From Mobula hypostoma (lineage: Eukaryota), in contig NC_086097.1 in the NCBI RefSeq assembly GCF_963921235.1, forward strand, positions 156,118,001-156,182,000: DNA of 64,000 bases, in the 5' to 3' direction. The notes beneath the pieces are model-generated. The model was not told the DNA's origin. It was given only the letters and a program-made list of their open reading frames with translations, and made no database searches. The position numbers were made by a program, and so were the translations under genes. Positions within the stretch are counted from its first letter, which is position 1. The number at the start of each line of letters is the position of its first letter. Of the stretch, positions 12,238 through 24,074 are shown one piece after another.

Positions 12238-15213
12238 ATGGAGGTTGAGGAATTTATAAAGGCGCCGACCTTGGAGGCATTAGAGGATGCCAGGAAATTG
12301 GAATTGATAGCTGTGGCCAAACGGGTGAATCTTGCTAAGGTGAAGTCGACAATGAGGAGAGAGGAGATACACAGAGCTATTGTAGAGCACTATGTATCTA
12401 AAGGTGTGTTTCCCCAAGGTGAGCTGGGGGTGGTGTCTATTGAAAAACCTGCTGGAGACGCGGTACAGGTACAGCTTGAAAAACTGAGACTCGAGCACGA
12501 GTTCCGGGTACGGCAGTTAGAACACGAAGAGAAGCAGTTAGAAAGGCAGGAGAAAGAGAGAGAGTTAGAAAGGCAGGAGAAAGAGAGAGAGTTAGAAAGG
12601 CAGGAGAAAGAGAGAGAGTTAGAAAGGCGGGAGAAAGAGAGAGAGTTAGAAAGGCGGGAGAGAGAGAAAGAGTTAGAAAGGCGAGAGAGAGAGAAAGAGG
12701 TAGAAAGGCAAGAGAGAGAAAGACAGTTGGAGAGAGAAGAGAGAGAGAGGGACAGACAGTTGGAGAGAGAGGAGAAACAGAGGGAAAGGGAATTTGAGCT
12801 GGAGAAGTTAAAGATAAGGGCTGAGCAGGGGCTCGTGCCGAACCAAGGTGGAGGGTTCCGGGCGACCCAGGAGGTTAGGCTGGTTCCCCCATTTGACGAT
12901 ACCGATGTGGATCGGTACTTTCTCCATTTCGAAAAAGTGGCCATAAGTCAGGACTGGCCAAGGGATAAGTGGGTTGTTTTACTTCAGAGTGTACTGAAAG
13001 GGAAAGCCCAACAAGCTTACTCCGCTTTATCCGCGGAAGATGCCCAGAAGTATGAGGTGGTGAAGGAGGCCATCCTCAGGATTTATGAGTTGGTCCCGGA
13101 GGCATACCGGCAGAGGTTCCGGAATGCGAGGAAGCGGTGGGACCGCACGTATTTGGAGTTTGCTCGCGAGATGCAAACATATTGTGAGCGTTGGTGCGCC
13201 TCGAAAGGGGTAGAGGGGGATTATGACAGACTGCTGCAGCTGATTCTGATTGAGCAGTTTAAAGGTTGTGTCCCTGAGGGTATGAGACCCTACCTCGATG
13301 AGAAAGAGGCAGCCACGTTAGCCGCAACTGCTAAGTTAGCGGATGAGTATGCGTTGACGCATAAAATGAAGGTTGCCCCGAGTAAAGGCTACCAGAAGGG
13401 GAGTCAGGACGGCGGGGAGAGTCCACCGGAAAAGTCAGAAAGTAAGCCGGGGACTAGTGAAAAGGATAAGGTAGACCGGGAGCAGTCTGGTAGGAAGTCT
13501 CCTGGGGTCGTCTGTTATAATTGTGGGAAAGTCGGACACTTTGCGTCCAGGTGCTTTGCCCCAAGGAAGGAGACGGGGAAAGGAAAAGCGGAAATTTTGA
13601 ATGGCTGTATCGAGCTGTTAAGCGAACCGCTAGGGAAGGACAGGTCTGAAAAAGTCCAGGAAGGGCGCAAGAGGTTTATCTCGGCCGGACTGGCGTCAGT
13701 GAAGGAGAGGTTAAAACCAGTTCCAGTGCGGATCTGGAGAGACACGGGAGCGTGTCAGTCACTAATACTGAAGAGTGTATTAGAGTTTAGCTCAGAGACC
13801 CAGACTGGGGAGGTCAAGGTCAAAGGTATTGGAGAAGGGACAGAGTCAGTCCCTTTGCACCAGATACATTTACAGAGCAACCTGGTCTCTGGACTAGTCA
13901 CGATCGGGGTGAGATCCGAATTACCGATGAAAGACGTGGAAGTCTTGCTCGGTAATGACATCGCCGGAGGAATCGTGTTCCCAGTCGTGAGATTGACGGG
14001 TCAGCCTGCCAGCATGGAGGCCCCGCCCGCGATGGTGAATTTGGCTGAAACACTTCTGCCAACCTTGTATGAGACAGGGTGTAGTGAGATAAGAGGTAGT
14101 GAGGGAGCTGGGACGGACGTAGCAGTAGCCAGGAAAGAATTTGTGCAGACGCAGGAGCGAGACGAGGGGCTGATGGTTTTGGCAGACACCGCTCTCTCTG
14201 ACACAGCCTTGACAAGCTATTGTGCGGAGGAGGAAGTGCTAAGGAAGAAAGGGAAATCAAGTACAGTATCCGCAGATGAGGAGTGGGGGGTGGTGCAAAA
14301 GAGTTATGGGGATGAGGTTTTTAACATGGCCCACGAGGTACCCCCCGGTGGACATTTTGCGGTGCTGGAGGAAACAGTTGGTGGAATCATGAAAGAGATT
14401 TACCGGCTGCCCAGGGGGAAAAATGTTATTGATCATGACCGACGCGAACTGAGACGGTCACCGGTTTTTGATATGCTAACAAACCTAGTCGGTGTTAGCG
14501 TGGAAATCAATGAAGCTAGGGGCCCCCTGCTAAGAGGAAAAAACCATTTTGAAAAGATTAGGATGGGATCGGTCAGATGGGAGAAGGCTATTGTTTTGGT
14601 CAGGTCTACTGATAAGGTCTCTCCCTTAATCCCCGAAGGAGTAATTAAACGACTCGCACCCATATGTTTGATTGTCCCGAGGAAATGCAAAGAACTGGGA
14701 CGTTGGGTGATTGTGGTTACAATAGGGCAACCAAGTAAACAACACCCATATTTTTTGAGTAATTCAGTGACTAAAGGGCTGATGAACACAGAGGTGTGTA
14801 TTGGCAATTTAATACGGCTGTCTGAAGCCAGTTTGATAGTGAACCTTGAAAAAAATGAATTCGGCCACACGAGGGTCACCTACCTGGGAATTGTGGTGAC
14901 ACAGGGGCAGCTGGCAGCGATGCAAGCTACACTGCAGGCTATCGCTGACCTCCCAACCCCGACAGATAAGAGGGCCCTCAGAAGGCTTTTGGAGATGGTG
15001 GGGTACTGCAGGAAGTTTTGCAATAACTCTGCGGTCAATACCCGTCCCCCTCCTACTAAGCCCTTGCTAGAGAAAATTGAGTCGGAATGGGACGACCCTT
15101 GTTGTTGTGGTCCGGGACAAAACCAAATGAGAGGTTACATTGGTCGCAATTCATCAGTGTTTTTGGCCACTATGAAGTTTGCTGAGTTGGAGCCTGGTCT
15201 AAGGGATTATTAA
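12238..15213 (+). CDS. Gag-SCAN-CCHC-protease-vestigial IN/RT polyprotein, 991 aa
   Basis: Colinear with 4850-7723. SCAN-like ~13096-13350; CCHC 13513-13554; DTG at 13741; RT thumb-like ~14810-15105. Confidence 0.9.
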   Translation: MEVEEFIKAPTLEALEDARKLELIAVAKRVNLAKVKSTMRREEIHRAIVEHYVSKGVFPQGELGVVSIEKPAGDAVQVQLEKLRLEHEFRVRQLEHEEKQLERQEKERELERQEKERELERQEKERELERREKERELERREREKELERREREKEVERQERERQLEREERERDRQLEREEKQREREFELEKLKIRAEQGLVPNQGGGFRATQEVRLVPPFDDTDVDRYFLHFEKVAISQDWPRDKWVVLLQSVLKGKAQQAYSALSAEDAQKYEVVKEAILRIYELVPEAYRQRFRNARKRWDRTYLEFAREMQTYCERWCASKGVEGDYDRLLQLILIEQFKGCVPEGMRPYLDEKEAATLAATAKLADEYALTHKMKVAPSKGYQKGSQDGGESPPEKSESKPGTSEKDKVDREQSGRKSPGVVCYNCGKVGHFASRCFAPRKETGKGKAEILNGCIELLSEPLGKDRSEKVQEGRKRFISAGLASVKERLKPVPVRIWRDTGACQSLILKSVLEFSSETQTGEVKVKGIGEGTESVPLHQIHLQSNLVSGLVTIGVRSELPMKDVEVLLGNDIAGGIVFPVVRLTGQPASMEAPPAMVNLAETLLPTLYETGCSEIRGSEGAGTDVAVARKEFVQTQERDEGLMVLADTALSDTALTSYCAEEEVLRKKGKSSTVSADEEWGVVQKSYGDEVFNMAHEVPPGGHFAVLEETVGGIMKEIYRLPRGKNVIDHDRRELRRSPVFDMLTNLVGVSVEINEARGPLLRGKNHFEKIRMGSVRWEKAIVLVRSTDKVSPLIPEGVIKRLAPICLIVPRKCKELGRWVIVVTIGQPSKQHPYFLSNSVTKGLMNTEVCIGNLIRLSEASLIVNLEKNEFGHTRVTYLGIVVTQGQLAAMQATLQAIADLPTPTDKRALRRLLEMVGYCRKFCNNSAVNTRPPPTKPLLEKIESEWDDPCCCGPGQNQMRGYIGRNSSVFLATMKFAELEPGLRDY

Positions 15214-15373
15214 TAACACGTGTAAAAGGAACAGAAAATGTGATGACTGTCTGTCAAGGTGTTGACAGCTTCAAATTCTCTGTATTAGCTAAATAACTAT
15301 TAAAGATGTATATTGTGTATGTATCAGATAATGTAGTCATGTTTGTAATTTTTACCTCCCGGTAAAAATCCTT

Positions 15374-15385
15374 AAAGGGGGGAAG
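15374..15385 (+). promoter_or_regulatory. Polypurine tract of copy 2
   Basis: AAAGGGGGGAAG directly before the 3' LTR. Confidence 0.9.
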
Positions 15386-16244
15386 TGTTACGAGAATACA
15401 CATAAAATTAAGATGTTTGCTGGCCTGGGCTAGCATCAGTGGCATCAGCAGTTGGTCTGCCACCTGCCCTCAGGGGAAGGAGAGATAAGGAACAATGGAG
15501 CAGCGTCTGGAGATGTGTAATGAAGGGATGTGGGAGGGAGAGCTGTCTGGAGCGGCTCCCCCCTTTGAACCCTGAACTGTTTGAAGTGATGGACAGGCGA
15601 TACCCCAGCAGGGGGATAAAAAGGGACAGGTTCGCTAAGACAGACACACACGCCACCCGAGGTAACGAGACCCTGGAAGCGGTACGCTTCTCACGAGTGG
15701 GTGAGAAGTACCAGACAACGACCAGGGTGGAAAGGTACGATCAGCGGGAACCCGGTGTGTGTCCGCCCTTGCCTGGGTGCCGGGTTCACTGCAGAGGATC
15801 GACCGCATCTGGAGGAGGGGTCACAGTCGGTGACCTCAGGTGACATCACCAAGGACCCGCCCAAAAGTTGCTCGTGAGCAATCTCGCTGGTCTGTGAGTG
15901 AAGCTGTGCTGAATGATGAGTTGTTCCTATTCTATGTCTCTCTTCCCCCACCTTGTCCATCGCCATGGCAACGATTACTGCGAACTGAACTACTAACTGG
16001 ACTGAACTTTGAGTCATTTTGAAATTGGTCATTTACCCCTAGACAACGATAGAGCTTGATTGATGCTGTTATCTTAATTCTGTGCACATGTGTGGTTATC
16101 ATTGTTGAATTGTTGCATTTATTATCCTTTCGATTACTGTGTTGCTTGTTTCTTTAATAAAACTTTCTTAGTTCTAGTACTCCAGACTCCAACTGAGTGA
16201 TCCATTTCTGCTGGTTTGGCAACCCAGTTACGGGGTACGTAACA
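15386..16244 (+). repeat. 3' LTR of copy 2
   Basis: Direct repeat of 11280-12138. Confidence 0.97.
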
Positions 16245-16659
16245 CACTATTGAACATATTTCACACACAAATTATACACACGGGACAGTAAAAGAGTTTT
16301 AACTCACTGAATCCCTTGGTATGATTTAACGAACTTATTTCCGGTTACATGATAGAGATCTTGGGCACTACTCTGCCGATATTGTCTCGCTATAGCTGGT
16401 GCTCATTATAGCTATAGCTTCAATAAATCTTTTATCAATATCATCTCTCCTCCAGGGGTTTAACTCTGAGGACTTATGATAAGTAGGGTAGAGATATTAA
16501 CTATGAATTCCATTTTAACAGTTTATATCTTTAATTAGCTTTTATAGTTTGCTGTTTCTGTCACTTGTTCATGCTTGCACCAGCCATGACTCATTCTCAC
16601 ATATTTATTTTTTTTTCCAATTTTTAAAACTTCATTAATCCGAAGAGTAGAAATTGCTG

Positions 16660-17075
16660 GCCAGTAATTTCATTCGTATGGCCAGTGATGTTGTGGGGAT
16701 GGAACTGGACTCTCTGACGGTGGTGTCTGAAAAGAGGATGCTGTCCAAGTTGCATGCCATCTGGGACAATGTCTCCCATCCACTACATAATGGACTGGTT
16801 GGGCACAGGAGTACATTCAGCCAGAGACTCATTCCACTGAGATGCAACACAGAGCGTCATAGGAAGTCATTCCTGCCTGTGGCCATCAAACTTTACAACT
16901 CCTCCCTTGGAGGGTCAGACACCCTGAGCCAATAGGCTGGTCCTGGACTTATTTCCTGGCATAATTTACATATTACTATTTAACTATTTATGGTTTTATT
17001 ACTGTTTAATTATTTATGGTGCAACTGTCATGAAAACCAATTTCCCCCGGGATCAATAAAGTATGACTATGACTA
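16660..17075 (+). mobile_element. Rex1/Babar-like LINE 3' end
   Basis: DNVSHPLH...RCNTERHRKSFLPVAIKLYN C-terminus, then AATAAA and a (TATGAC)n tail. A further piece of the same family lies on the minus strand at ~19562-19660. Confidence 0.8.
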
Positions 17076-17908
17076 AAGATTGATGCGTTTGATGACACAG
17101 CAGATTACTGGAATTTGTTTACTGAAGAGATAGAGCAATATTTTGAAGCAAATGAAATAGCCAATGAGAAACGAGTACAAAGTTTACTGAGTTCATTGGG
17201 TTTTAAGGTATACATTTTTTTTCAAAGTTTAACTGCTCCAACCAGTCCATCAGAGATGAGCTTTGCTGATATTATTAAAAGTGATGCAGGAACACTGAGA
17301 ATCAAAGCTATTGTTGATTGCAGAACACTAAGTTCAAAAGCAGAATGTAAAGGAAGCCGAGTGCATTTCAATGTACGTGGCTGTACTGATGCTGGTTTAA
17401 GGATGAAACACAGAAAATGCAACAAAGTAGGACACATACAAGGGGCATGTCAGGGAGACAAAAATAAATGTTCTGCTCAGGGTGAGAAAGTTCAGAAGTC
17501 AAGTTGCAATTTCAAAAAGAGCACCAATCTGCATGCTCTTGATGAAAAATCTGTTAGTGATGAAGGCAGCCTTGAGATTTACAGAGTGAAAATTAACTAC
17601 AGACAAGAAATATGCCTCACACCTGAAATGAATGGCAAATTAATTAAATGGAATTGGACATTGGTTCAGCTGTTTCAGTCATTCCACAAAGAGTTTGAAC
17701 AGCATTTCAAGGATACTAAACTGAAGCCTGTAGATTTCCAGCTGAGAACTTATACTGGAGAAAAGATAACTCCAGTGGGAATAACATCCATAAGCGTGAA
17801 ATACACCAACCAACAAACCACGATGAGCTTGCATGTGCTAATATCAGGAGGACCAACACTGTGGGTGTGTGATTGGCTACAATTTGATTGGAGATCCATC
17901 CACCATTT
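17076..17908 (+). mobile_element. Degenerate Gypsy (Mag/K02A2.6-like) gag-protease fragment
   Basis: EEIEQYFEANEI..KRV; knuckle remnant KCNKVGHIQGAC; LRTYTGEKITPVG. Confidence 0.8.
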
Positions 17909-20358
17909 GTAAGAATGTTTGATGTAGCCCAGGCATGGAGAGAGAAAAACTGAAGTGGGTAGACAGTTCACTGACCAATGAGTACTGTTGGAAAATTTAA
18001 AGAAAAAGGAAAGCAATAAATGCAAGGCCAACAGGGCCGTTAACTAGAACTGTCAAACTGAAAGTAAAATACCAATACTGAGGCTGAAAGCACTATCTAA
18101 GTAATAAATGAATACAGGTCCTCTCCAGCATCAGTCAAAACAGTAGTCCTCTTAGCAGGGTAAGGACGACAGTAAGTCTCGATAAGACTACAATGAAGAG
18201 AAGGGAGTTAACTACCACCATAAGAAACAGTATTTAGCTAATGAGAGCAATTGCTGAACCTCTTGCTCATCCTACCTGTGGGGGCATGTAGACCCTGCAG
18301 CAGAGTCGTGGTAGAGACAGGGCTCTCCTCCCTAGGCACAGCGCCTGAGGTGCCACAGATCTGCTCCTTCTGGACATCACAGATAAGAGATTTGTCCAGA
18401 TTGTCATCTGGGATCCAAGGACATTCTTCAGGACCATACCCTTCATAATCCACGAGGTACTGGACCTTGCTCCATACCTGGCAAGACGCCAGGAGGTTTT
18501 GTACAGTATAGACCAAAGAATCATCCACCAAGTTGGGAGGAAGGAGAAGTGGGGGAACTTGATCTGGGAAACATGGGACACTGGGTGAATCTTCACTGAT
18601 GAAGGCAGGCACAATCTATACGATACCTTGTTGATAGCCTTTTCCACTCCAAGTGGTCATGCATAGCGTGGGGCCAACTTGTGGCTCTTGACTTTCAGGA
18701 GAAGATCGCAAAATTCTAACCAGACAGATCTTCTTTCATGGCTTGAAAAGCCTTACCTATTGGTGGAGCCAATCAGCCTGCTGGGCATGTTGTTTCTGGG
18801 CGCGCAGCAGAGAAGCCCTGGCTCAACTCCGTGTGCGCTTGTGGCACTGGATCAGCTGTTCAGCAGCAGGAACTCCCACATCAGTCTCAGGGAATCAATG
18901 GTTGCTGGAATCCCTTCTGCAATTCAAAGGGGACATACCAGTGGAGGATGACTGGAGGTTATTGTGGACAATTTCTGCCCAAAGCAATTGGAAGCTCCAG
19001 GGCATGAGATTGAAAGAGGCAAGGTAGTGCATGGTTGTCTCCAACTCCTGATTCACTCTCCCAGTCTGGCCATTGGATTCGGGTTGGAACCAGAAGAGAG
19101 GTTGGCCGTGGTTCCTACAAGAGAGCAGGAAGTTTTCCGAGAATGGGATGTGAACTGTGGTCCTTGATCAGAAGGATGCCAGGCAAGGCTGCCAGGCTGC
19201 CTGAGCACACGTTGAATCCTGAGTGTGGCAGTCTCACGAGCTGACGGGAGGTTACGGAGAGCAATGAAATGGGCAGCCTTGGAGAAATGATCCACAACAA
19301 GTAAAACAGTGTTTCCATTAGACAGGGGGCAGCACACAGATGAATTCCACTGAGAGGTAGGACCGGGGCAGTGGGGCACAGGCAGCGGATATACTGTAGC
19401 AGATATGCAGGATGCTGGCATGACATCTATTTCTGGGCACAGGTGGGACATGCAGAGATGAAGTCATGGACATCCTGGGACATAGATGGCTACCAAAATT
19501 GTCTCTTGGCAAACTTCCAGGTCCTTTAAATTCCCTGATGTCCAACCAAACGGAATGACTCGGTGGAATGAGTCTCTGGCTGAATGTACTCCTGTGCCCA
19601 ACCAGTCCACTATGTAGTGGATGGGAGACATTGTCCAAGATGGCATGCAACTTGGACAGCTGTTGAAAACAAAAAGGGATGCTTTGCCCCTTCCTGCCAG
19701 TGTCACCATTCTTCCAGGGTTTCCTTGACAGCTAGAGGTTCTCAGCTCCCAATATCGTACTTACTCTTGGCTGGAGACAAACGATGGGAAAGAAAGGCAC
19801 AAGGGTGCAACTGGGACACAAGGGAGCGCTGAGAGACTTACAGCTCCAATGCCAATGTTGGATAGATCCACTTCAACAGTGAATGACCAGCATGTGTCTC
19901 GGTGTTGGAGCACAGGGTATTGAGGCATCACTTTGGTTCTGAGAAGGCTTGGTCTGTTTTACTTTCCTCCTGCAGAGCTCTTCCTGATGAGTGCACTTGT
20001 GGGGGCAGTGATAGAGCTGAAATTTCAGATGAAGCAGTGACAAGAGTTCACAAACTCCATCAAGTGCCTCACCTGTTTGACTACATATTTTGAGTCACCC
20101 TGTAAATGCCTGAACTTTACTCAGTTCCATTTGAACATTGGAAGGGGTAAGTGTAGATCCCAAAAACTCCACCTGGTCTGTATGGAACTCACGGTTCTCT
20201 GGGTTGGCATGCAGGTTATTCTCAAGATGCTGTCTGAGAACCATCTAGACATGCTGGACATGTTCCTGGTGAAAGTGAGAATAGAGAAGAATGTCATCCA
20301 AATACACAAAACAGATTGCTTCAACGTGTCTGAAAACACATCATTGACTACCCTGGAC

Positions 20359-20564
20359 CAGTGGTCCTCAACCTCCAGGCCGCGGACCGATACCAGGCCA
20401 CAAGAATGCAGCAGTGCAGCGGTAGCCGGAACGAACCCAGCACATCTTTAAGAAAAAAGCTGAAATAAACAAGATAATTAATTAACTGTCACCCAGCTAC
20501 CACTGCACCACTGCATTCTTCGTGGCAATATATCAGTCCACGGCCCAGAGTTTGGGGACCACTG
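20359..20564. mobile_element. hAT/Charlie-like MITE
   Basis: TIRs CAGTGGTCCTCAACC / GTTTGGGGACCACTG; 8-bp flanks CCCTGGAC and CCCCAGAC. Confidence 0.8.
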
Positions 20565-21394
20565 CCCCAGACCACACCAAAGGGTATCACAAGGTACACA
20601 ACATACTCATAGTGACCAGTGGAGATACTGAAGGCTGTCTTCCACTCATCCCCTTCTTTGATATGAACAAGATTATAAGTATTATGCAGACCTATCTTGG
20701 AAAATATGGTTGCTTGAGACTTTCTAATGCAGAGGCAAGCAGGGGAAAAGGATAGTGATGCTTCGTAGTGATATTGTTTAGGGGCTGATAATCAATAAAG
20801 GGATGGAGTTTGCCGTCGTTGTTCGCAAAAAAGAAGTCCACTCCTGCTGGCAAAATTGACGGTTGGATAAACCCCAATGTCAATGCTTCCTTGATGTACT
20901 CTTCCATGGCCACAGCTTCTGGATGAGAGAGAGAGAAAAGAGACAGCCCTGCAGCAGACTGGTACCAAGTAAAAGGTCAATGGCGCATTTATATGGCCCA
21001 TGTGGAGGCAGGGAGATGGCCATTTTAATGAAGACTTCAAGAATATCAGCATATTCAGCCAAAATTCCAGACAAATCCATATCAGTAGATGTCACAGGAG
21101 GGGATTTACACACCAGAGTGGGTGGAGTTAAGATGGTGTCATGGCTGCCTCTTCGAGCTCATCTGTGGAAACAGGTTAAATTCCTCTCTTTAATGTCTCT
21201 ATTTTTTTTTCCTTTTCAAGGTGGCTGTTGTTCTACTGAGGTCCTGATCTGCAAGTGCCACTCAAACTGCATTTTTTTAATCAGTGGATAAGTTTTCATT
21301 CCTGGAATTCGCCAGCCGACCATTTTCCAACATTCTCCAGGCACAGCATGAAAGGTGGAGCCTTTGAGATGTGGCCCTGTGGTTGACTGATTCC

Positions 21395-21808
21395 AGGCTC
21401 GTATTGCCAACTAAGGCACCATAGAGATGAAACATCAGGACTTTGCTGCGGCGGGTGGATGGTTGGATGTCTCTATAGCTGAGTGGTTACACTCCCTCTC
21501 TCTTCCTCTCAATGGTGAGAGGGTTTGGTGCTGATTCTCAAGTCACAGAGTCAGCATAAACAATGATGCCACAGTCTGTAATATCATATCAGTGAATGTC
21601 AGTCTCCCCTTTCACTTTTTGCTGAAATAGGCAGGAGGTGAGGTTGATACATTGATGCTTGCACCAGAGAGAGGCTTTGGGGTTTTAACATTTTTCTGCT
21701 GTTCATTCTTTTGGGGGTTCTTCTGTTTTTTTGTGGATGTCTGCAAAGATAAGTAATTCAAGTTGTGTACTGTATACATTCTCTGATAATAAACTGAACC
21801 ATTTGAAA
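21395..21808 (+). mobile_element. Non-autonomous retroposon (SINE-like) fragment
   Basis: Its 3' end (tgtatacattctctgataataaactgaaccatttgaa) is shared with the element at 56683-57484. Confidence 0.5.
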
Positions 21809-23589
21809 CAGAACTTGAGCTGGACCCAAACAGGAGGACAGAAATTCACTCCCCACCCTTGGAGTACTTTTAGGGACCTATTGATTCGTGGGTTATGTCA
21901 GGACAACCAGAGGAGACCAGGCACCAGTGGCAGTTCAGACTAATCAACCAGGTGGAAGGAGAGTTGTTCCCTATGGATACCTTCTAGCACAAGTTGAACG
22001 GGTTTGGTGGAAAGGCAGATCTGGCCAGTGTCCAGAGGTTGACCATCTGTGGCCTTGATCTTTTCTCTGAATTTCTGAGTCATAACTCCCCATCTTTGAG
22101 CGTAGAGATATCCATGAGATTCCCGGCTGCACCAGAGTCAAGAAATGCCTTAAGTTCATGGGTCTGAAACCCCCACGATAAGCAAGCTGAGAACATCACA
22201 CACTTAGGGGAAGCCAGATGCAGAGAGAACTGACCCATCAGGACTCCCCTCCCCGCTGATGGGTATCCTCTTTTAGTGGTCGCTTAGGATATAATGCCCA
22301 GAAATGTTCTGGATTGCCACAATGGAGGGGGGAATCTGTTCTCCTGTGCCAATCTCATCAGTCCTGAGATAGATGAAAGCTCCCCACTTGCATAGACTCC
22401 TCCATGGACTGGGTGCTGGGTGATGAGGAAGAGGGTGAAGACAGATGGTGATCAGATACTGAGTAGGAAGCTTGAGACATTTTTTCCCTGCGCCACTCAG
22501 TTACTTGGTCATTAACTCAAATAACCAAATTATTCAGGTCATCCTGAATATCCTGCTTGTTACAGATAGTGAGCTCATGCTGGACCCCTGTGTTCATTCT
22601 GCACTGGATGGAGTAATGAGGATCTCTCGTTCCATCACTTCTATGCTGCAAGCATGTGGAATTTGACTGCATAGGCTCTCACCGTCCCTCTACCTTGGCA
22701 CAGTTCTAGGAGATGGTGGGATACTTCTTGACCCCATACTGGAAGGTCAAGAACTCTCCTTAACTCAGCAACAAAATGTCGAAATGACTGGACTGAGGGG
22801 AATCCTTGCTCCTGTAGTGTGTTGAAAATGTGGAGCAGAGGTCCATCTAGGAGATGTACCGTGTATGCCAGTTTATGCTCCAAACTGACTTGGCTGGGCT
22901 TGGACAGTCGGCTGACACTGGGTAATAGAATTTCTGCAGTCCTGGCAGTCACCAGAATGTCTGCCCAGTGGAGGAATACTTGGTTCTGATATGGACACAG
23001 GGGTTGGTTCTGGTCCAGACATGGGAGTGGGGCATTAGTAGCTCAGGTTGTCAGAGCAACAGAAATGAAGGATGTGCAAGATTCTGGGAAAGGGACTGAT
23101 GTGTCCAATGGCTGCTGAATTGCATTGGTGAGAATGCTAATGGCTGTCCACTGTAAGTTTGTGGACTGCAGGCATGAGAGCAGAAATTGTGGCCACCTGA
23201 CTCCAGTTGCTGCAAGGGTTGATACCTGTTCCTCCAGCTGAGACTGCCTTGTCAAACTGAGATTATTTGCTTTGTTGCTTTGGTCACTCCTCCCAAAACA
23301 GATGCCTGTGATTTGTCGCCTAACTGGCCATGAATCTCAGGGCCAAGGGTATCTGCTCTCTCTCTGCTGGGTCCATCTTTGTGGTTGAGACTTGCTGTCA
23401 GAATGTTCGGATATAGCTAAGGTGTGGAGAGGGAGAGAGAGACTGAAGCAGGTCAACAGTTCACTGGCTTTAATGAAAGCTATTGCAGAATTTAAAGGAA
23501 AAGGAAAACAAGGCTAAAAGGAATAAAAAAAAGGGATTGAATTAGATCCAGAGAGAGAAAGGGAGAAGAAAGGTGTTCAGAACAGTCAG

Positions 23590-24072
23590 AACCACTTAGA
23601 CTCAGAGTAAGAGAAAAGTACAGCACAGGGACAGGCCTTTTGGCCCATCTTTTCCATACTGAAACCATTTAACCTGCCTACTCCCATCGACCTGCACCAG
23701 CCATAGCCCTCCATACCCCTACTATAAATGTACCTATCTAAACCGCTTAAATATTGAACTCGAGCTCGCATGCACTACTTGTGCTGGCAGCTCATTCCAC
23801 ACTCTCATGACCCTCTGAGTGAAGAAGTTTCCTCTCATGTTATCCTTAAACGTTTTGCCTTTCACCCTTAACCCATGACCTCTGGTTGTAGTCCCACCCA
23901 ACCTCAGTGGAAAAAGTCTGCCTGCATTTACGTTATCAGCACCCCTCATAATTTTGTATACCTATATCAAATCTCCTCTTAATCTTCTACATTCTAAGGA
24001 ATAAAGTCCTAACCTATTTAATCTTTCCTTCCAACTCAAGTCCTCCAAATCTGGCAACATCCTTATAAACAT
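23590..24072 (-). mobile_element. CR1 LINE 3' end
   Basis: TTTRGHGLRV..FFTQRVMRVWNELP. Confidence 0.9.
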
Positions 24073-24074
24073 TC

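Larger units (their letters stand above)
11280..16244 (+). mobile_element. Complete young Gmr1-like (SCAN-Gag) non-autonomous LTR retrotransposon, copy 2
   Basis: LTRs at 11280-12138 and 15386-16244 (859 bp; two substitutions seen); TSD CACT at 11276-11279 and 16245-16248; PBS, PPT and a 991-aa ORF. Confidence 0.97.
17909..23520 (-). mobile_element. Degenerate chromoviral (sushi-like) Gypsy element with chromodomain
   Basis: gag starts MDPAER near 23376; AMEEYIKEAL..GFIQPS..IDY (RT); VVDHFSKAAHFI (IN); YTVQNLL..QYLVDYEGYGPEECPW (chromodomain). 3' LTR ~17909-18319; related LTR end at ~23396-23520. Confidence 0.85.
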
